The notes beneath the pieces were generated by a model that searched no databases, had not been told where the DNA came from, and was given only the letters and a program-made list of their open reading frames with translations. From assembly GCA_964342735.1 (NCBI GenBank), contig CAYFGH010000002.1:1-37871 (forward strand): DNA of 37,871 bases, given 5' to 3'. Made by a program: the position numbers and the translations under genes. Of this stretch, positions 18,721-28,641 are shown piece by piece (the first letter of the stretch is position 1; each line of letters opens with the position of its first letter). The stretch is from an uncultured Aquificaceae bacterium. Its GTDB lineage: Bacteria > Aquificota > Aquificia > Aquificales > Aquificaceae.

Positions 18721-19321
18721 GAACTATGAAAAGTATGCAGCAATTCAGAAAATAAGCGCAGAGCGTCTGTTTGAAATTGTAAAGGATCTTGATGTTAAAT
18801 CTGTGCTTGATATCGGAGCAGGCACAGGCTTTTTGAGCAAACATTTTAAGAACTATGTAGCTTTAGATGTTGATAAAAGCCTGAAAACCTATCACAGACG
18901 CTTTGTATTGGGAGAAGCTGAGAATTTACCCTTTAAGGATAAAAGCTTTGATATGGTGTTAAGCAACTTTGTGATGCATCTTTGCAATACAGAGCTTTCT
19001 ATAAGGGAAAAGGTAAGGGTATCAAAACGCTACGTAGCCTGTAGTTTACCCATAGAGGGAAGTTTGGAAGGATGGATATACCACTTTCCGGAAGAAAAGC
19101 AGGTTTTAGAGCTTTTAAGAGGATACAAATTAAAGATATTTGAAAAGAGCGTATATCCTGTAAATTTTACAAAGTTAGAATTACTTAGATTTATAAACAT
19201 TACCGGGAAACCAAAGATAAGATATAAGAACAATTTCATTAGTAAATCATATATAAAAGATATATTAGTAAAAATAGAAAATCCTAAGTTTGTTGTGTTA
19301 TCATTTTTATTAGAGGTGTGA
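18713..19321 (+). CDS. bioC: SAM-dependent methyltransferase, BioC-like
   Basis: YEKYAAIQ..AERL N-terminus, VLDIGAGTG and LPF..SFDMVLSN. Confidence 0.6.
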   Translation: MNKNYEKYAAIQKISAERLFEIVKDLDVKSVLDIGAGTGFLSKHFKNYVALDVDKSLKTYHRRFVLGEAENLPFKDKSFDMVLSNFVMHLCNTELSIREKVRVSKRYVACSLPIEGSLEGWIYHFPEEKQVLELLRGYKLKIFEKSVYPVNFTKLELLRFINITGKPKIRYKNNFISKSYIKDILVKIENPKFVVLSFLLEV

Positions 19322-19325
19322 ACTT

Positions 19326-20753
19326 ATGAAAAGAATTTTTGCTATCTTAGCCTTGTTTACGCTCTTATTTTCAGTAAACTCCTGTGTGAAGAAAAGCAGG
19401 GTAGAAAATACCCCCAGTACTCAAGCCAACACCAGCAATTACCAGATCAATCTCAATGTACCGGTGCTAGCCCAAATGCAGGATGAGCTGGTTAAAATTG
19501 TGAAAAAAGTATCCCCTTCGGTGGTTACGATATTCTCCACCCAAGAGGTAAATGTACCACTTTTTCCACAGATACCCGGTTTTGATTTTCCAACTCCCTC
19601 TATACCTCAAGAAACCAAAGCACTTGGTTCTGGTGTAATATTTGAGTACAATCAAAAAGATGATACGTTTTTTATACTCACCAACAATCACGTGATAGCG
19701 CATAGCAAAAGCGTCATCGTAAACTTTGGAAACAACGAACAGCACAAAGCTGAAATAGTAGGAGCAGATCCCAAAACAGATTTGGCGGTGTTGAAGGTGA
19801 GCGCCAAAGGCATAAAAGATCCCGCTGACAGGGTAGCTACACTTGGCAATTCCGATACGCTTCAGGTAGGACAGATTGTCTTGGCTATAGGAAACCCATA
19901 TGGGCTTGACAGAACGGTCACAATGGGTGTGATATCCGCTTTACATAGAAGTATAGGTCTTACTCAATATGAAAACTACATACAAACGGATGCAGCTATA
20001 AATCCTGGCAACAGTGGAGGTCCTCTTGTAAATATACAGGGTCAGGTGATAGGTATAAACTCTGCCATGGTGGAAGGAGGTCAGGGCCTTGGTTTTGCTA
20101 TACCAATAAATTTAGCCAAGTGGGTATCCTCTCAGATAATAAAGCATGGTTCTGTTACTAGAGGCTGGATAGGGGTCATGATACAGCAGGTGACTCCCAG
20201 TCTGGCAAAGGCGCTAAAAGTTCAAAACGGTGCCGTAGTTGTTCAGGTTATGCCAAACGGTCCAGCAGACAAAGCTGGGATAAAGGTAGGGGATGTGATA
20301 GTGGGTATAGACAACGAGAATATAAGCACTGTCCAGCAACTTCAGTTTAAAGTTATGGAAACAAAACCAGGTACTACGCTTACGTTTCACATAGTAAGAG
20401 ATGGAAAACCCTTGGATTTAAAGGTAACCATAGGAAAGATGCCATCTAATCCTACAGCTGTAAGCGAAGGCTCTCCCAGCACCAGCACAAGCCTTGGAAT
20501 ATCTGTTGCAAATTTAACTCCAGACCAGATGCAGATGTATGGTGGGGGAGTTTATGTGGTAAACGTGAACCCAAACAGTCCAGCCGCAAGCTCTATAGAA
20601 CCTGGAGATGTAATACTGATGGTAAACAATCATCCTGTCAACTCTACTTCCGATTTTCAAAATCTCGTGTCTCAATATTCAAAAACCGGTGAAGTGTTGT
20701 TCTTGGTGGCAAGAGGATCTCAAAGATTTTATGTAAGTATACAGACAAGGTGA
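19326..20753 (+). CDS. htrA: HtrA/DegP serine protease with two PDZ domains, probable lipoprotein
   Basis: TNNHV, TDLAV and QTDAAINPGNSGGPL; signal peptide ending VNSC. Confidence 0.93.
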   Translation: MKRIFAILALFTLLFSVNSCVKKSRVENTPSTQANTSNYQINLNVPVLAQMQDELVKIVKKVSPSVVTIFSTQEVNVPLFPQIPGFDFPTPSIPQETKALGSGVIFEYNQKDDTFFILTNNHVIAHSKSVIVNFGNNEQHKAEIVGADPKTDLAVLKVSAKGIKDPADRVATLGNSDTLQVGQIVLAIGNPYGLDRTVTMGVISALHRSIGLTQYENYIQTDAAINPGNSGGPLVNIQGQVIGINSAMVEGGQGLGFAIPINLAKWVSSQIIKHGSVTRGWIGVMIQQVTPSLAKALKVQNGAVVVQVMPNGPADKAGIKVGDVIVGIDNENISTVQQLQFKVMETKPGTTLTFHIVRDGKPLDLKVTIGKMPSNPTAVSEGSPSTSTSLGISVANLTPDQMQMYGGGVYVVNVNPNSPAASSIEPGDVILMVNNHPVNSTSDFQNLVSQYSKTGEVLFLVARGSQRFYVSIQTR

Positions 20754-20756
20754 TGT

Positions 20757-21692
20757 ATGTACTCAGATAGCGAACAGGACATCATAAACCAGTATTTAAA
20801 GCGCGTTTCCAGCGTTAAGCTTTTAACACCGCAAGAAGAAAGAGAGCTTGCCAAAAGGGCAAAAGCTGGGGACAGAGAGGCTCTGAAATCTCTGGTGGAG
20901 GCCAACCTGAGGTTTGTGGTAAGTGTCGCCAAACAATACATGGGATACGGTGTACCTTTATCCGAACTTATAGCGGCTGGAAACCTGGGACTTCTGGAAG
21001 CTGCTACGAGGTTTGACCCGGATAAAAACGTAAAGTTTATATCCTATGCGGTATGGTGGATAAGACAGGCCATTATGCAGGCTCTGTCTCAGCAAACGGG
21101 AGCTGTTAGAATACCCGTGAAGCATTCTCACCTTATAAGCGCAGTGGGTCTTGCTTACAATGAGCTTTTGAAAGAGCTTGAAAGAGAACCCACTTATCAA
21201 GAGATAGCTGATTACATAAACAGGAAAAATATAATAAGAGAGTTTAAGAAAGAAACAGGTTTTGAACCCACAGAAGAAGAGTTAGAGCAATCCATGGAAC
21301 AAGAGCACAAATATACCGTTACAGAAGAGGATGTGAAGAAATGCCTTCAAATATGTAAAACACCGCTTTCTCTGGATACGCCGGTGGGTGATAACCCAGA
21401 TACTTTGTTTGTGGATCTTTTGAGCATATCAGACACTGATGAGATAGAAGAAGGTGTTATAAAGGATGTTTTGGAAAAGGAGCTACACGATATCATAAAT
21501 AAGCTTCCAGAGAAGGAAAGGAAGGTTCTGGAGTTAAGGTATGGATTAAACGGCAACGAACCACTCACCTTAAGAGAGATAGGCGATGCTCTTGGTATAT
21601 CAAGAGAAAGGGTAAGACAGTTAGAAACAAGGGCTATAAAAAAGCTAAGAAGCTTTGCTCTCAAAAGACATCTAAAAGACTTCTTGAGCTGA
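20757..21692 (+). CDS. Sigma-70 family RNA polymerase sigma factor (group 2/RpoS-like, no region 1.1)
   Basis: NLRFVVSVAK, GNLGLLEA, FISYAVWWIRQ and TLREIG..SRERVRQLE. Confidence 0.9.
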   Translation: MYSDSEQDIINQYLKRVSSVKLLTPQEERELAKRAKAGDREALKSLVEANLRFVVSVAKQYMGYGVPLSELIAAGNLGLLEAATRFDPDKNVKFISYAVWWIRQAIMQALSQQTGAVRIPVKHSHLISAVGLAYNELLKELEREPTYQEIADYINRKNIIREFKKETGFEPTEEELEQSMEQEHKYTVTEEDVKKCLQICKTPLSLDTPVGDNPDTLFVDLLSISDTDEIEEGVIKDVLEKELHDIINKLPEKERKVLELRYGLNGNEPLTLREIGDALGISRERVRQLETRAIKKLRSFALKRHLKDFLS

Positions 21693-22517
21693 ATGGACGG
21701 CTTTTATATAGGTTATAAGCCTGTTGGTATATCCTCCTCAAAGTTTACGCTTGATATTTCTAAAAGCCTCAAAACAAAAGCCGGCCATACCGGTACTCTT
21801 GACTTGGAAGCAGAGGGTATCATGATAATAGCTCTTGGTCAGGCTACAAAATACACGAGATATTTTAACGTACTGGAAAAAACTTACGAAGCAGATGCTG
21901 TTCTTGGTATTAAAACAGATACTCAGGATATTACAGGCAACATTGAGTATCAGACAGATAAGATAGATGTTACATGTGAAGATTTGAAGAACATTTTAAG
22001 CAAATTTACAGGCACGATAACTCAAATTCCACCCATTTACTCAGCTAAAAAGATAAACGGTGAAAAAGCTTATAAACTGGCAAGACAGGACAGGGCTCAA
22101 AATGTAGACTTAAAACCTATCACAGTAAACATATACAGTATTGAGCTTTTAGAATGCAATATACCACATTTTTCTATAAAGGCAAAGGTATCCACTGGAA
22201 CATACATAAGAACACTTATAAACGATATAGGAGAGGCTCTAAAGGTGGGTGCTACTACAAAGCTCATAAAGCGAATCGCCATTGGAAAGTTTGACAAGGA
22301 AAGTGTTGGCACTATATATAACATAAACGATGCTCTTTACTTCATGCCATCTTTATATCTAAAGGATGAGTTTATCAAAAGCCTAAAACACGGTAAATTC
22401 GTTCGTTACCGGGAAAAGGACGGTGTCTACAAAATATTGTCTGAGAACGGAGATTTTCACGGTATAGCAGAACTAAAAAACGGCATTCTAAAAGCCCAGA
22501 GGATGCAAAGTGTATAA
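21693..22517 (+). CDS. truB: tRNA pseudouridine(55) synthase
   Basis: KAGHTGTLD, QIPPIYSAKKING..AY.LAR and GTYIRTL. Confidence 0.93.
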   Translation: MDGFYIGYKPVGISSSKFTLDISKSLKTKAGHTGTLDLEAEGIMIIALGQATKYTRYFNVLEKTYEADAVLGIKTDTQDITGNIEYQTDKIDVTCEDLKNILSKFTGTITQIPPIYSAKKINGEKAYKLARQDRAQNVDLKPITVNIYSIELLECNIPHFSIKAKVSTGTYIRTLINDIGEALKVGATTKLIKRIAIGKFDKESVGTIYNINDALYFMPSLYLKDEFIKSLKHGKFVRYREKDGVYKILSENGDFHGIAELKNGILKAQRMQSV

Positions 22518-22528
22518 GATGTATCATA

Positions 22529-22556
22529 TTGACAAAATACAAGATAGTGATATTAT
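22529..22556 (+). promoter_or_regulatory. Sigma-70 promoter of the csp gene
   Basis: TTGACA-N16-TATTAT with a TGn extension. Confidence 0.65.
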
Positions 22557-22637
22557 TAAATGCAAGAGATAAAGGAATATTTGAATAACAAACATTCAAA
22601 TATCCCCGCGTCTCAAATTTTAGGAGGTTTTAGTTCC

Positions 22638-22853
22638 ATGAGCATCACTGGCACAGTTAAGTGGTTCAGCAAAGAAAAGGGTTATGGATTCCTCACGAGG
22701 GATGATAACCAAGGCGATGTTTTTGTTCACTTCTCAGCAATTGACCCAAACAAAAAGGGATTCAAGACGTTGGTCCAGGGACAAAGGGTTGAGTTCGAAG
22801 TAGACCAAGATTCAAAAGGTCCAAGAGCAAAAAACGTTCGCGTTTTATCTTAA
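22638..22853 (+). CDS. Cold-shock domain protein (71 aa)
   Basis: GTVKWF, KGYGF and DVFVHFSAI. The start is ATG 22638, after AGGAGG. Confidence 0.95.
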   Translation: MSITGTVKWFSKEKGYGFLTRDDNQGDVFVHFSAIDPNKKGFKTLVQGQRVEFEVDQDSKGPRAKNVRVLS

Positions 22854-22864
22854 GTTTTATAAAT

Positions 22865-22892
22865 CCAGATAGCTTCTGGCTATCTGGTTTTT
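22865..22892 (+). terminator. Intrinsic terminator after csp
   Basis: CCAGATAGC-TTCTG-GCTATCTGG-TTTTT. Confidence 0.88.
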
Positions 22893-23029
22893 CACTATAT
22901 AATTATATAAAATCAAATTTTCATTAAATCTAATATGTTTTATAGAAAATCAAAAAATAATGATATCTTTGTCATTGTCTTTGATAGGATGTATTTTTGG
23001 CCATAAATGTAAATCTATTTAAAATATCC

Positions 23030-23058
23030 TTGATTTTTTATCCATATTTTGTTATAAT
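23030..23058 (+). promoter_or_regulatory. Sigma-70 promoter of the tRNA-mnmE unit
   Basis: TTGATT-N17-TATAAT with a TGn extension, 12 nt before tRNA-Gln. Confidence 0.7.
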
Positions 23059-23070
23059 TAATTACTCTAA

Positions 23071-23143
23071 TGGGGTGTAGCTCAACTGGCAGAGCATCGG
23101 ATTTTGGATCCGAGGGTTCCTGGTTCGAATCCAGGCACCCCAG
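23071..23143 (+). tRNA. tRNA-Gln (TTG); CCA not encoded
   Basis: Cloverleaf: TGGGGTG/CACCCCA acceptor (U1-A72), anticodon arm TCGGA-TTTTGGA-TCCGA and T loop TTCGAAT. Confidence 0.93.
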
Positions 23144-23162
23144 CTTTAAATTTTAGTATTTA

Positions 23163-23236
23163 GGAGGATGTAGCTCAGTTGGCAGAGCGAGGGATTGTGG
23201 ATCCCTATGTCGCGGGTTCGACCCCCGTCATCCTCC
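23163..23236 (+). tRNA. tRNA-His (GTG) with encoded G-1; CCA not encoded
   Basis: G-GAGGATG/CATCCTC-C (G-1:C73) and anticodon arm AGGGA-TTGTGGA-TCCCT. Confidence 0.95.
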
Positions 23237-23246
23237 CTTAGACATT

Positions 23247-24563
23247 ATGAATAACACTATTGTGGCTCCTGCAACCCCTGTTTTGAAATCGGCTATCTCT
23301 GTTGTAAGACTTTCAGGTCCACACTGTAAAGATGTTGCAAGGAGATTTCTGCATCTTGACAACCCAAAACCAAGGTATGCCTATCACAGAGAGTTTTATG
23401 TAGACGATAAAATGCTTGATGATGTGGTGGCTATATATTACGAAGCCCCAAAGTCTTATACTGGCGAGGACATGCTTGAGATATTTTTTCATGGCAACCC
23501 TGTCATAGTGGAAAAGGCTATAGAGGCGCTTGTGGATTATGGTTGTGTTTTTGCGTCTCCTGGCGAGTTTACCAAAAGGGCTTTTTTAAACGGTAAGATG
23601 AGCCTTGATGAGGCCTCAAGTGTTGAGCTTTTAATAAATGCCTCCACAGAAAAAGCCATAGAAAATGCCCTATACATGTTAAAGGGCAAGTTTTCCTCTT
23701 TTATAGATGATTTGAGGAAAGATTTTATAAGGATAATAGCCAATATAGAAGCAGATATTGAATTTGGTTATGAGGACATAGAACCTCTTGATCTTGATGA
23801 TGTTAAAAAAGAGTTAAACGAACTTATGAAGAAGCTTGAAAACTTTTATGGAAAACTAAAAGAGCAGTCTTTTTTGTACGATGGTATCAAGATAGCTATA
23901 GTGGGCAAACCAAACGTCGGTAAATCCTCTTTGTTTAATGCGCTTTTACAAAAGAAAAGATCCATAGTATCCGATATACCGGGTACCACCAGAGATTATG
24001 TGGAAGACAGGCTAGAGATAAAGGGCTTTCCAATAAAACTTGTGGACACGGCAGGCATTAGGAAAACCGATGACCCCATAGAAAAAGAGGGTATAAATAT
24101 AGCCATAGAGCACGTAAAGGAAGCCCATGTGGTTATTTTCATGGTGGATGGTTCTAAAGAGTTGACCGATGAGGATTATTTTATATACGATATTGTTAAA
24201 AGCCTAAATACGATAGTGGTTTTAAACAAGAGCGATCTTGGTATAAACAGCAAAACCCTTGATTTTTTCAGAAATGATGCTATAATTATTTCTATAAGAC
24301 ATCAAGAAAACTTGGAATATTTGAAAAACAAAATTTTACATATGGTAAATGTGACGGAAGATGGTATTTATGTTTCAAAAAGAAACAGGTTTTTGGTGGC
24401 AAAGGCTTTAGAATCTTTAAAAGAAGCTTTGTTGAAAGATAAAGCAGAAATTGTAATGCTGTATATAAGGGAGGCGCTTGATTATCTTGAGGAGATACTT
24501 GGTCTTATCACAGATGAAAACGTTTTGGATGAGATCTTTTCTACATTTTGTATCGGAAAATAA
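23247..24563 (+). CDS. mnmE: tRNA U34 modification GTPase
   Basis: TIVAPATP, SYTGED, GEFTKRAFLNGK, GKPNVGKSS, GTTRD, DTAG and FCIGK. Confidence 0.96.
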   Translation: MNNTIVAPATPVLKSAISVVRLSGPHCKDVARRFLHLDNPKPRYAYHREFYVDDKMLDDVVAIYYEAPKSYTGEDMLEIFFHGNPVIVEKAIEALVDYGCVFASPGEFTKRAFLNGKMSLDEASSVELLINASTEKAIENALYMLKGKFSSFIDDLRKDFIRIIANIEADIEFGYEDIEPLDLDDVKKELNELMKKLENFYGKLKEQSFLYDGIKIAIVGKPNVGKSSLFNALLQKKRSIVSDIPGTTRDYVEDRLEIKGFPIKLVDTAGIRKTDDPIEKEGINIAIEHVKEAHVVIFMVDGSKELTDEDYFIYDIVKSLNTIVVLNKSDLGINSKTLDFFRNDAIIISIRHQENLEYLKNKILHMVNVTEDGIYVSKRNRFLVAKALESLKEALLKDKAEIVMLYIREALDYLEEILGLITDENVLDEIFSTFCIGK

Positions 24564-24574
24564 TCTTTTTATTT

Positions 24575-24630
24575 TGGCCATAAGCGGGCGCTGGCAGGCC
24601 ATAAAACCCGCTATACAAATACCAGCGTTT
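24575..24630 (+). other. GC-rich structured intergenic element (possible pseudoknot or switch) upstream of rho
   Basis: Three crossing complementary pairs: TGGCC/GGCCA, AGCGGG/CCCGCT and CGCTGG/CCAGCG. Confidence 0.45.
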
Positions 24631-24649
24631 AGTAAAATGGGATTGGTGT

Positions 24650-25957
24650 ATGGAACAAGAGATTAGTACAAAGGAGCTTTCTTTAGAAGAGCTTAAGAAA
24701 ATGACTATGGCCGAGCTACAAAAGCTCGGTAAAGAGTTTGATTTAAAAAGGATTACCGGAATAAGAAAAGAAGAGCTCATAGAAGATATCTTGGAAGCTT
24801 ACGGCAAAACAAAAGGTTTAAGGTTTGTAAGGGGTGTTCTGGAGATTTTGCAGGATGGTTATGGATTTTTAAGGAGTGCTGCAAACAACTACATGCCAAA
24901 TCAAGATGACATATATGTATCTCCTTCTCAGATCAAAAAACTCTATCTTAGAACCGGTGATACAGTAATAGGTTTTTCAAGACCACCAAAAGATAATGAA
25001 AAATACTACGCTCTTGTGAAGATTGAGGCTGTAAACGGCCTTCCTATAGGATCCTCAGAGCTGAAGTCAAGGCCTTCTTTTGACAGGCTGATACCTTATC
25101 ACCCTACAGAACGCTTGAATATAGAGTACGATCCATCTGATTACAGCACGAGGGTGCTGAGTCTTGTTAGCCCTATAGGTAAAGGTCAGAGAGGGCTTAT
25201 CGTAGCACCGCCAAAAGCTGGTAAAACGGTAATACTTCAGCGCCTGTCAAAAGCAATACTCACAAATCATCCTGAGGTTTATCTCATAATCCTTCTAATA
25301 GATGAAAGACCTGAAGAAGTGACAGAGATGAGGCGTATAGTGATGTCAAACGCCGATAAGGCTGATCATGAGCCAGAGGTTATCGCTTCTACCTTTGATG
25401 AACCCCCAGAACGACATATGCAGGTGGCGGAGCTTGTTATAGAAAAAGCCAAAAGACTTGTGGAGCTTGGAAACGATGTGGTGATACTGCTTGATTCTAT
25501 GACAAGGTTTGCAAGAGCCTCCAACGCTGTGACACCGCCCACCGGTAGAGTGCTGTCTGGTGGTATAGAAGCTACAGCTCTCCAAAGACCTAAGAAGTTT
25601 TTTGGTGCTGCAAGAAATATAGAAGATGGCGGAAGTCTAACCATCATAGCCACAGCCTTGATAGAGACTGGCTCTCGTATGGATGACGTTATATATGAAG
25701 AGTTTAAGGGTACTGGTAACATGGAAGTTCATCTTGATAGAAGGCTTACAGAAAAACGTATATTCCCGGCTATAAATATAAGCAAATCTGGTACCAGAAA
25801 AGAGGAGCTCCTTCTTTCCGAATGGGAGCTTCAGCGTCTGTGGGTACTTAGAAAATTCTTCTCTTCTATGGACGAAGTAGAAGCTATGGAGTTTTTACTG
25901 GATAAGCTTAAAAAGTTTAAAACAAACCAGGAATTTTTAAAAGCGATGAACGCTTAA
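24650..25957 (+). CDS. rho: Transcription termination factor Rho
   Basis: [36 protein letters not shown] and [10 protein letters not shown]. Confidence 0.98.
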   Translation: MEQEISTKELSLEELKKMTMAELQKLGKEFDLKRITGIRKEELIEDILEAYGKTKGLRFVRGVLEILQDGYGFLRSAANNYMPNQDDIYVSPSQIKKLYLRTGDTVIGFSRPPKDNEKYYALVKIEAVNGLPIGSSELKSRPSFDRLIPYHPTERLNIEYDPSDYSTRVLSLVSPIGKGQRGLIVAPPKAGKTVILQRLSKAILTNHPEVYLIILLIDERPEEVTEMRRIVMSNADKADHEPEVIASTFDEPPERHMQVAELVIEKAKRLVELGNDVVILLDSMTRFARASNAVTPPTGRVLSGGIEATALQRPKKFFGAARNIEDGGSLTIIATALIETGSRMDDVIYEEFKGTGNMEVHLDRRLTEKRIFPAINISKSGTRKEELLLSEWELQRLWVLRKFFSSMDEVEAMEFLLDKLKKFKTNQEFLKAMNA

Positions 25958-25967
25958 TGGAGTTTAG

Positions 25968-27752
25968 ATGAAAACAAGAGACGATATAAGAAATGTAGCG
26001 ATTATAGCCCATGTAGACCACGGTAAGACCACGCTTGTGGATGCTCTTTTAAAGCAAAGCGGAGCTTTCAGGCAAAACGAGGAAGTGCAAGAACGCATCT
26101 TAGACAGCAATGCCCTTGAAAGAGAAAGAGGTATCACGATTTTAGCAAAGAATACCTCCGTAAATTATAAGGGTATAAAGATAAACATAGTGGATACTCC
26201 GGGGCACGCTGATTTTGGCGGTGAGGTAGAACGCGTTTTAAACATGGTGGATGGGGTCATCCTTCTTGTGGATGCCGCAGAAGGACCGCTTCCTCAAACA
26301 AGGTTTGTGCTTAGAAAAGCCCTGGAGGCAAAACTGACTCCCATAGTGGTCATAAACAAGATAGACAGACAGGATGCTAGACCGCAAGAGGTATTGAACG
26401 AGATATACGATCTTTTCATAGACTTGGATGCCACCGAAGAGCAGCTTGATTTTCCGGTTTTGTATGCGATAGCTAAAAAAGGTATAGCAAAAACCTCTTT
26501 GGATCAGGAATCAAACAGCTTGGAACCACTGTTTGAAGCTATAATAAATACTATACCAGCTCCAGAGTATGATGAAAACCAGGTTTTACAGCTTTTAGTA
26601 GCATCGTTAGATTATGATAACTTTTTAGGAAGACTTGCTATAGGAAGGATTCAGAATGGACAACTTCGCCAGAACCAGCAGGTTTCAATAGCATCTCTTG
26701 AGGAAGGTGTTGTGAGAAGCGGTTTTGTAAAAGCCATATACACCATAGAAGGTCTTAAAAGGGTTGAAACAAAAGAGGCTTTTGCGGGAGATATCGTGGC
26801 GGTGGCTGGTTTTGAGGATATAAACATAGGACAGACCATAACAGATGTAGAAAACCCGGCGCCTTTACCCTCAATAAAAGTAGAAGAGCCTACCATATTC
26901 ATGACGTTTTCTGTAAACGATTCACCTTTTGCCGGGAAATCTGGTAAGTATGTGACATCAAGACATCTAAGGGACAGGCTTTACAAAGAAACACTTATGA
27001 ACGTCGCTATAAAGGTAAAAGACACAGACTCTACGGACTCTTTTCTGGTGATGGGAAGAGGCGAACTTCAGATGGCGATACTGGTAGAGACGATGAGAAG
27101 GGAAGGATACGAATTTCAGGTATCAAAACCAGATGTTGTGACCATAGAACAGGATGGAAAGAAGTTAGAACCTATAGAGAGGGTGATTCTGGATATTCCA
27201 GAAGAGTATGTTGGTATAGTCTCTCAAAAGCTTGGTTCTAGAAAAGGGCGCATGGTAAACATGATAAACCATGGTTTTGGTAGAGTGAGACTTGAGTTTA
27301 TAATACCATCGAGAGGGCTCATAGGATACAGGTCAGAGTTTAAAACGGACACAAGAGGAGAGGGACTCATAAACACTGAGCTTGAAGGATATGAAGTATG
27401 GCAAGGCGATATTAAAAGCAGAATAAACGGGGCTATAGTGGCAGATAGAAAAGGTGTGGCCACACCTTATGCTTTGCTGGGGCTTGAGGATAGGGGAATA
27501 TTTTTCATAGAACCGGGCACAGAAGTTTATGAGGGTATGGTGATAGGGGAGCACAACAAGGATAATGATCTGTATGTAAACATCACCAAAGAGAAAAAGC
27601 TCACCAACAACAGGGCAGCAGCTGCAGAGGAGTATGTGAGGCTTACGCCGCCAAGAAAGATGAACTTTGAACAGGCTATGGAGTGGATTACCCAGGATGA
27701 ACTTATAGAAGTGACACCCGATGCTGTGAGGATAAGAAAGAAGAAAAAGTGA
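25968..27752 (+). CDS. typA: Translational GTPase TypA/BipA
   Basis: [25 protein letters not shown] and C-terminal ELIEVTP..RIRK. Confidence 0.97.
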   Translation: MKTRDDIRNVAIIAHVDHGKTTLVDALLKQSGAFRQNEEVQERILDSNALERERGITILAKNTSVNYKGIKINIVDTPGHADFGGEVERVLNMVDGVILLVDAAEGPLPQTRFVLRKALEAKLTPIVVINKIDRQDARPQEVLNEIYDLFIDLDATEEQLDFPVLYAIAKKGIAKTSLDQESNSLEPLFEAIINTIPAPEYDENQVLQLLVASLDYDNFLGRLAIGRIQNGQLRQNQQVSIASLEEGVVRSGFVKAIYTIEGLKRVETKEAFAGDIVAVAGFEDINIGQTITDVENPAPLPSIKVEEPTIFMTFSVNDSPFAGKSGKYVTSRHLRDRLYKETLMNVAIKVKDTDSTDSFLVMGRGELQMAILVETMRREGYEFQVSKPDVVTIEQDGKKLEPIERVILDIPEEYVGIVSQKLGSRKGRMVNMINHGFGRVRLEFIIPSRGLIGYRSEFKTDTRGEGLINTELEGYEVWQGDIKSRINGAIVADRKGVATPYALLGLEDRGIFFIEPGTEVYEGMVIGEHNKDNDLYVNITKEKKLTNNRAAAAEEYVRLTPPRKMNFEQAMEWITQDELIEVTPDAVRIRKKKK

Positions 27753-28639
27753 TAAAGATAGCTATTACCGGAAACTTTGGGGTAGGAAAATCTTTTGTAG
27801 CATCTTTGTTTAGAGAGCTTGGGGTATGTGTCTATGATGCCGATGCCATAATCCACGAGCTTTACGATACTGACGAAAACCTGAAAAAAGAGGTTTTGGG
27901 GCTTTTAGGAGAAGGCATATTAACAGATGGCAAAATTGATAGAAAAAAGATTGCTCGTATTGTGTTTAACGACAGAGAAAAGCTTTTTGCTTTAGAAAAG
28001 ATAGTCCACAGAGCCCTTTATGAGTATCTTGATAACCTTATGAAAGATGTAAACTGTGATATATTTGCGCTGGAGGCATCTCTTGTAATAGAGAACGGCA
28101 CTTATAAAGATTACGATGTTGTGATAGTGGTTTATGCGGATAAAAACGTGTCAAAAGAGCGTCTTATTAAAAAGGGTTATACCGAGGAAGAGATAGAAAA
28201 AAGATTGTCAAGACAGATGCCCATAGAGGAGAAGATAAAGTATGCGGATTTTGTGATAGATAATTCAGGGGATAAAGAATACACTGTAAAACAGGTAAAA
28301 GATATATACAACAAAATCAAATATGCTAAAATATTAGGTATGAAATGGAAAGAACATCTAGATAAATTGAAAAAGCTGGAGGAGTTCATAAGCAACCACT
28401 TTGACCAGGTAGAGACCATAGTAGAACTTTGCATGCCTGGGAACGATTGTTGTCCAAATTGTGAAAGACCTTTTGTTCTGGTTAAATTTTGCTTAGAGGA
28501 CAACAAATGTCACGAGAGGAGAATAGAGCTTTTTGACCACTATTTTGACCTTCCGGATCAAGAGCTCTTTGACCAGATAGTTCATTATGTAGAAGATTTC
28601 ATGATGGAAATAGAGCAATCGGAATACGGTGGTGGTTGA
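27749..28639 (+). CDS. coaE: Dephospho-CoA kinase with an in-frame 99-aa Cys-rich C-terminal extension
   Basis: [22 protein letters not shown] and ADFVIDNSG; the CoaE domain ends at about aa 195. Confidence 0.9.
   Translation: MIKIAITGNFGVGKSFVASLFRELGVCVYDADAIIHELYDTDENLKKEVLGLLGEGILTDGKIDRKKIARIVFNDREKLFALEKIVHRALYEYLDNLMKDVNCDIFALEASLVIENGTYKDYDVVIVVYADKNVSKERLIKKGYTEEEIEKRLSRQMPIEEKIKYADFVIDNSGDKEYTVKQVKDIYNKIKYAKILGMKWKEHLDKLKKLEEFISNHFDQVETIVELCMPGNDCCPNCERPFVLVKFCLEDNKCHERRIELFDHYFDLPDQELFDQIVHYVEDFMMEIEQSEYGGG
28340..28639 (+). CDS. Probable independent 99-aa Cys-rich protein nested in frame in the coaE ORF
   Basis: ATG at the end of the CoaE domain, 7 nt after TGcTAAAAT; [14 protein letters not shown]; ends EYGGG. 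Confidence 0.5.
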   Translation: MKWKEHLDKLKKLEEFISNHFDQVETIVELCMPGNDCCPNCERPFVLVKFCLEDNKCHERRIELFDHYFDLPDQELFDQIVHYVEDFMMEIEQSEYGGG

Positions 28640-28641
28640 CG

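Noticed and set aside
22560-22637. 26-aa N-terminal extension of Csp
   Set aside because: Most likely the 5' UTR: that ATG is only 3 nt after the -10 box, and an SD precedes ATG 22638.
23071-23246. tRNAs as integration sites for a genomic island
   Set aside because: No duplicated tRNA 3' end or integrase was seen in the window.
24478-24780. Short ORFs spanning the mnmE-rho junction as leader peptides
   Set aside because: They overlap both genes out of frame or antisense, lack an SD and show no coding features.
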